Below are positions 58,884-64,000 of a DNA stretch of 64,000 bases, piece by piece. The number at the start of each line of letters is the position of its first letter. The first letter of the stretch is position 1. A model generated the notes under the pieces. It ran no database searches, was not told the origin of the DNA, and saw only the letters and a program-made list of their open reading frames with translations. The stretch comes from Alloascoidea hylecoeti (lineage: Eukaryota): the NCBI GenBank assembly GCA_001600815.1, contig BCKZ01000012.1:62001-126000 (forward strand), given 5' to 3'. The position numbers were made by a program, and so were the translations under genes.

Positions 58884-59422
58884 CTAATACGTTGTACCCT
58901 CTGCAGGTTGTGGCAGCTTTCTGTTACTCGAGGAAGCCATTTCCCTATTTTTGTTTGAATGTTAATAAATTTAATTAATATACTATTAGATAAATGAATA
59001 TAACTTACTTTCTAATTTCTGTAAGAACAGTTTCCATCCTTAGTGCTCTTCTCCAAGTAGAAATGCCATGAATCTTAGATTGATCCAGATTACCACGGGA
59101 ATCAACAAAAGGTAAATTTACCTTTGAAACAAACTTAACCTGGGGAGGAACATCTGGATATCTCGGACCACAAGTCAGGGTGAGACTATAAATTCTGTTT
59201 TCATAAGTACTCTATAACAAGATCTCTCATTAATAGGGTGAACATAAGTAAATAATTATAAGTGAAACGTACATGAGGAGGCCCCAATATAGTTCCATTC
59301 CATGAGGTCATGGAAAGGTCATCGGGATCAGCTAAACCATATGAAACGGACTCGGATCCAAGTCCATGCTCGCCAGCTTCGAGTTCTTCCAAAAGACGGA
59401 AATTTCTAGGGACTGTAGCCAT
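58884..59422 (-). CDS. MMS2: Ubiquitin-conjugating enzyme variant Mms2; exons 59422-59273, 59211-59009, 58944-58884
   Basis: [43 protein letters not shown]; two GT-AG introns. Confidence 0.95.
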
Positions 59423-59581
59423 TTTGACAATTCAATTGATGATAAAAGACAGAGAGATCTCCCAGAAATCTGAGAGTAGCTGCTGATCTGGCCGGATTTT
59501 AACATCCGCACACCTTCTATAATAAGTTCTAAAATTAAATCATCATTTCCATGTTATTTCCAAGTACAAAGAAGTATCAAA

Positions 59582-61186
59582 ATGTCTACAGGTGAAATCA
59601 TCAAAGGCTCTAAGAAGCACCCAAATGACGAAGGTTTCCATTTTTCATATGGAACTGCCGGTTTCCGTATGAAGGCAAATATGCTAGACTCTGTGGTTTA
59701 TCGTGTCGGCTTGTTGGCATGTCTTCGTTCCCAGCATCTAAAGGGACAAACTATTGGTGTGATGATTACCGCCTCTCATAACCCCCCTGAGGATAATGGT
59801 GTCAAACTAATTGACCCCCAAGGTGAAATGTTAGAACAGGCCTGGGAAGCTTACGCCACACAACTAGCAAATGCATCATCTACTGAAGATATGGCTGTTT
59901 ACGTCGGAGAGCTGGCACAGGAATTGGGAATTGATAGTTCGATCGTTCCTAACGTTGTCCTTGCTAGAGATTCTAGAGAATCGGGTCCTGCTCTTGTTGC
60001 AGCACTAACTGATGGTTTAAAAGCATTTAATTGTTCCTACAAAGATTATGGACTCTTAACAACCCCTCAATTACACTACATTGTTAGATGTCTGAATACA
60101 GTAGGAACTCCTGTGGCTTATGGAGATCCCTCTGAAGCCGGATACTACTCAAAATTGTCTAAGGCATACCGTAATGCTACCATTGGCAAGAAATATTTGG
60201 GTACGGTAACTGTCGATGCTGCAAACGGAATAGGCGGTCCACAACTAGAAGTCCTGGCTGAAAAGTTGAAGGATATTCTGGATATAAAGGTTGTCAACAA
60301 TGATTATAAGCACCCAGCGTCTCTAAATAGTAATTGTGGTGCTGACCATGTTAAAACGAAACAAATTCTACCTGCAAATGTGGAACCCCAACCGTTGCAG
60401 TTACACGCCAGTTTTGATGGAGATGCTGATCGTGTGGTTTTTTACTATAATGATAATCAAAATACGTTTCATTTACTAGATGGTGATAAAATTGCAACAT
60501 TAATTGCCAAGTTTTTTTCAGAGTTATTGAAACATGTGGGCTTGAATATAAACTTAGGCGTCGTTCAAACCGCATATGCTAATGGTTCATCAACAAATTA
60601 TTTGAAGCAAGTCCTTAAGATCCCAGTGGTTTGCACTCCAACTGGTGTTAAACATCTTCATCATGCCGCTCAAGGTTTTGACATTGGTGTCTATTTTGAA
60701 GCTAATGGACATGGAACAGTCCTATTTTCTCCAATTACAATTTCTGAACTTGAAAAGAAAATATTAGAGCCGGAAACTCCTGCTCAGAAACAGGCGCTCG
60801 CTACGTTGTTAGCATTTGAGGATTTAATTAATCAAACAGTTGGCGATTCGATCTCAGATTTATTGGTTATTGTTGCAATTCTAACTAATTTAGGAATAAA
60901 GCCTGATGCTTGGGATGAAGCTTATAAGGATTTGCCAAATCGTTTGGTTAAAGTAATTGTGCCTGATAGAACCATCTATCGTACAGTTGATGCAGAACGA
61001 AAATTGGTATCACCACCATATCTACAAGACAAGATTGACCGAGAAGTCAGAAAGTATCAAGATGGCCGAAGCTTTGTTAGAGCCAGTGGAACCGAAGATG
61101 CCGTTAGAGTTTACGCGGAAGCTGGAGAAAAATGGCAAGCAGATGAGTTGGCAAATAAAGTTAGTGATTTAGTTAAAAGTAACTAA
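59582..61186 (+). CDS. PCM1: Phosphoacetylglucosamine mutase
   Basis: YGTAGFR, TASHNP, DGDADR, YFEANGHG, FVRASGTED. Confidence 0.97.
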   Translation: MSTGEIIKGSKKHPNDEGFHFSYGTAGFRMKANMLDSVVYRVGLLACLRSQHLKGQTIGVMITASHNPPEDNGVKLIDPQGEMLEQAWEAYATQLANASSTEDMAVYVGELAQELGIDSSIVPNVVLARDSRESGPALVAALTDGLKAFNCSYKDYGLLTTPQLHYIVRCLNTVGTPVAYGDPSEAGYYSKLSKAYRNATIGKKYLGTVTVDAANGIGGPQLEVLAEKLKDILDIKVVNNDYKHPASLNSNCGADHVKTKQILPANVEPQPLQLHASFDGDADRVVFYYNDNQNTFHLLDGDKIATLIAKFFSELLKHVGLNINLGVVQTAYANGSSTNYLKQVLKIPVVCTPTGVKHLHHAAQGFDIGVYFEANGHGTVLFSPITISELEKKILEPETPAQKQALATLLAFEDLINQTVGDSISDLLVIVAILTNLGIKPDAWDEAYKDLPNRLVKVIVPDRTIYRTVDAERKLVSPPYLQDKIDREVRKYQDGRSFVRASGTEDAVRVYAEAGEKWQADELANKVSDLVKSN

Positions 61187-61581
61187 TTAAAATATTTTAA
61201 GATTATGCATTCATTCTGATATTTACTTAGGACGCGTGTATATGTGGGAACGATTTTGTATCTTTGCTTCAGTTGGCGCATTGTGCTTAAATAGCAAAAA
61301 GGAGCGTTCATCCCAAAAATCCATCCCCACCAACCTTCATATTCCGCCTTAGTCCAACGCTCAAGCAGTATCTAATTAAAGTAATCCAAATTCGCTGATT
61401 CTAATCATACTCATAATATTAAATTTGGCTTTCTAGAATTTGTGGATTCTTGACCTATTGTTTTATTATTTGTCCTTGATTTTGTTTGTGTCACATTTTC
61501 GCGTGGTGCTCGGGTGAATAATAATATCACAACCCCCGCTTATAATATAAATATAAGCTGATATTTGGGACAACTTTAATA

Positions 61582-64000
61582 ATGTCCAATAGAATCAGAA
61601 TTAAAACAAAAACCCGAAAAGATCCAAAATATCCCCGTGATAGGGATCGTGAGCGTGATACTGCCTCTCCCCTCCGCTCATCATCTTCTTCTTCGCAACC
61701 TCCATTCGATAATACTACATCTGCATATTATGACATTGCTCGCCAACAACCTATAATCAATTTTAAAAGCTTACTAACTGATATTGGCCTGGAACTAGAT
61801 ACGGATACAAATGAATTGATTGGTGATGCTGCTGCTGTGACCCCTGCCGTTCCAACGTTAAATATCATACATAAAAACATGGGGAAAATGTTAGCGCAAG
61901 TGGAAAGCGTTATTGGCCATGATGAAGAATTGTTATCGCAATGTGAAGCAAAACTGTCTGGAAATTCAGGGGCTTCAAGAGAGAAGGAAAGAGAAAGAAG
62001 TCGAGAAAGAGAACGGGAAAGAGAAAGAGAAAGAGAAAGAGAAAGAGAAAGAGAACGGCAGGAGATCCTAGAACGTAAAAGAAGAAAAGAATGGGAGGAA
62101 AGACAAAAAGAAAGAGATTCTGATTTACGATTTCGTGAAAACCAATTACAATCTTCAATATTTGATAATAATAAACTAAAATTAAAAACGTTAAAAGAAA
62201 AAGAGAAGAAGATGAAAAGAGATGATATTAAAGATAAAGACCGATCAAGGTTGAAAAGTAATGAGGAGAATCCATTGAAAAGACAAATAAAAGCTAGAAC
62301 GAACTTTGATCCATCAAGAGAGAGCGGTGCAAATCTTCTAAGTATGATGCCTATTAGTAATGATGATGATGACGCTCCAATGGTGGATGCAAGTGAACCA
62401 TTTGATGATTTTCCATCGGATTTGAAAAAGATAAAATTTAAAACGGCGGCTGAAACAAATGTCAAAGAAAGCTTGCCTTCAATTCCTGCTAAACCAGAAG
62501 ATGCTGATAAAATAAAATCAACAAAATCAAAAAATAATTATAATGATACTAGCAATTCAAAGTCTAATAGTAATAATAATAATGGCGATGACGATGACCT
62601 TGCATTAGAAAGATTTCATACCCCTGATTACGACACACGTGCCAAAAACCCCAAATCAGAATTTGTTGACTCCCAAACATTGCCAATAGCAATTCTTGGT
62701 CTATATAACGAAGATGAAGATGGATTAGTTAGAACGGGTACTGAATTTTTGAAGAGAAAATATGCCGTTGCAAGCTATCCAGTAGATGATCTGAAAGATG
62801 AACTGCCTGGTGAGATACCAGATATGGATATGTCTAAAACGAAAGTTACAAATCAAGTTCAATTTACTACATTTCAAGCATATGTTGATAATTTCTTTAG
62901 ATCATATCAAGAAGAAGATTTGACATTTTTAAAACAAAAATATGTCCCTTTTGAAAATGGGACTGCATATGACCCAAATTTAACTCCATATATGACTCCT
63001 CGCTTAGGTCCTGTTTATACTGATATTTGGGCTCGGGAAGACCAAAATAGTGGCTTGTTCAAATATTCTCCTGCCCCACATCATGATATTTCCAAGGTTA
63101 TATCAAAAGGAAGTGCTGATTCAATAGTGGATGATGTATTGGAATCTGAGGACGTTTCGTGTGGTCCTTTGGCTTCAAGACTATTATCCGCTTTGTTAAA
63201 AGATGAAACTGGAGAGCCCGATTCGAATGGTAATGAAACGGAAGAAAATGGCAATGATGTAGGAACTCCAGGGGTGAACACACAAAATGATGATACTGGT
63301 AGCTCAAGCGCTTTGGCTCAACAACAAGGGTGGAAAGTCGTAACAGTTAAAGCGGATTATAATTCTTTGGAAGAACGTTTAAAGCGGGAATTGAGATATG
63401 TGGGTATTTATGTGAACATTGACAGTCGAAGAGAAAAGGAAGGAAAATTGGAACCTCTCCATGGAACGGCAAATGGTAATGGATCAGGTATTCGACCATT
63501 GATGCCTGGAGCTGTCGATGCTTATGATGATGATGATGAGTTTGAAGTAGATTGGTTACAATCGAGAGAAGATGATGAAATTTGTGCCGAGTTGCGAGCA
63601 TTACAAGAAAAATTGAAGCAAGTATCACGCCAAAATCAACAACGCAAAAAACGTTTAATACCAATTGTTAAAGAACAAATGGCATACCAAGAATATTGCC
63701 AAATTTTAGAAGATTTAGATAAACAGGTGGATCAAGCATATCTTAAAAGACTTAATTATAAAATATCCCGATCTAAAAAGAGAAAAATTACTGCAACCCA
63801 AAGCACTAATGTTACGAATGGTTCTTCGATTTCTTCTGTCGCCATTGCAGCCGCAACACAATCTGCTGCCAATTCTGGCTTAAGGGCATTACTTGACAAA
63901 CGATTACGCTGGATTAATAAAATTGGTCCTATATTTAGACCTCAGAAAGAAATGTTGCGTGTTCCTCGAGAATCTATCTTCAAGGATTTAGAGAAAGATG
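61582..64000 (+). CDS. NGG1: SAGA/ADA subunit Ada3, 3'-partial (absent from the ORF track because it has no stop in the window)
   Basis: PKSEFVDSQTLP, KYAVASYP, NQVQFTTF, SCGPLASRLLSALL, LEERLKRELRYVG, REDDEICAELR; (GAAAGA)n ER repeat near 62017-62054. Confidence 0.93.
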   Translation, partial: MSNRIRIKTKTRKDPKYPRDRDRERDTASPLRSSSSSSQPPFDNTTSAYYDIARQQPIINFKSLLTDIGLELDTDTNELIGDAAAVTPAVPTLNIIHKNMGKMLAQVESVIGHDEELLSQCEAKLSGNSGASREKERERSRERERERERERERERERERQEILERKRRKEWEERQKERDSDLRFRENQLQSSIFDNNKLKLKTLKEKEKKMKRDDIKDKDRSRLKSNEENPLKRQIKARTNFDPSRESGANLLSMMPISNDDDDAPMVDASEPFDDFPSDLKKIKFKTAAETNVKESLPSIPAKPEDADKIKSTKSKNNYNDTSNSKSNSNNNNGDDDDLALERFHTPDYDTRAKNPKSEFVDSQTLPIAILGLYNEDEDGLVRTGTEFLKRKYAVASYPVDDLKDELPGEIPDMDMSKTKVTNQVQFTTFQAYVDNFFRSYQEEDLTFLKQKYVPFENGTAYDPNLTPYMTPRLGPVYTDIWAREDQNSGLFKYSPAPHHDISKVISKGSADSIVDDVLESEDVSCGPLASRLLSALLKDETGEPDSNGNETEENGNDVGTPGVNTQNDDTGSSSALAQQQGWKVVTVKADYNSLEERLKRELRYVGIYVNIDSRREKEGKLEPLHGTANGNGSGIRPLMPGAVDAYDDDDEFEVDWLQSREDDEICAELRALQEKLKQVSRQNQQRKKRLIPIVKEQMAYQEYCQILEDLDKQVDQAYLKRLNYKISRSKKRKITATQSTNVTNGSSISSVAIAAATQSAANSGLRALLDKRLRWINKIGPIFRPQKEMLRVPRESIFKDLEKD

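Noticed and set aside
61728..62465. 245-aa minus-strand ORF and other short antisense or alternate-frame ORFs in the track
   Set aside because: Shadows of real genes (here NGG1) produced by low-complexity codon repeats

Overview
This is AT-rich eukaryotic DNA from an intron-containing budding yeast, most likely an early-diverging Saccharomycotina. CTG sits at a conserved Leu in DIM1, so it is not a CUG-Ser yeast. The window has about 25 protein genes. Recognised ones are ATP23, a PQ-loop transporter, SNF1, an OAR1-like reductase, SRC1/HEH-like, PRP5, TAF6, SLD3, a bHLH factor, a divergent PP2C, PBP2-like, POL5, ATP15, MDL1/2-like, KAR9-like, DIM1, KEL3, RSM24, SOM1, MMS2, PCM1 and NGG1/ADA3. 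Several small spliced genes that the ORF track misses or garbles were rebuilt by hand. There are two tRNA genes: Ser-UGA with an intron, and Arg-UCG. Four intergenic patches of decayed mobile DNA (5.4-6.8, 16.5-17.3, 22.2-23.8 and 31-36.7 kb) contain copia, Tc1, pogo/Fot1 and probably gypsy and MULE relics. The most notable observations are: two copia fragments that each end in a near-perfect fold-back palindrome (44-bp and 162-bp arms); a cryptic in-frame, stop-free 57-nt intron with a weak branch site in the branch-site proofreader PRP5; a 6.4-kb transposon graveyard with no intact gene; two unannotated structured-RNA candidates; and a PP2C with substitutions at normally conserved motifs. 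No intact novel multi-gene system could be demonstrated. All calls come from manual motif reading with no database searches.
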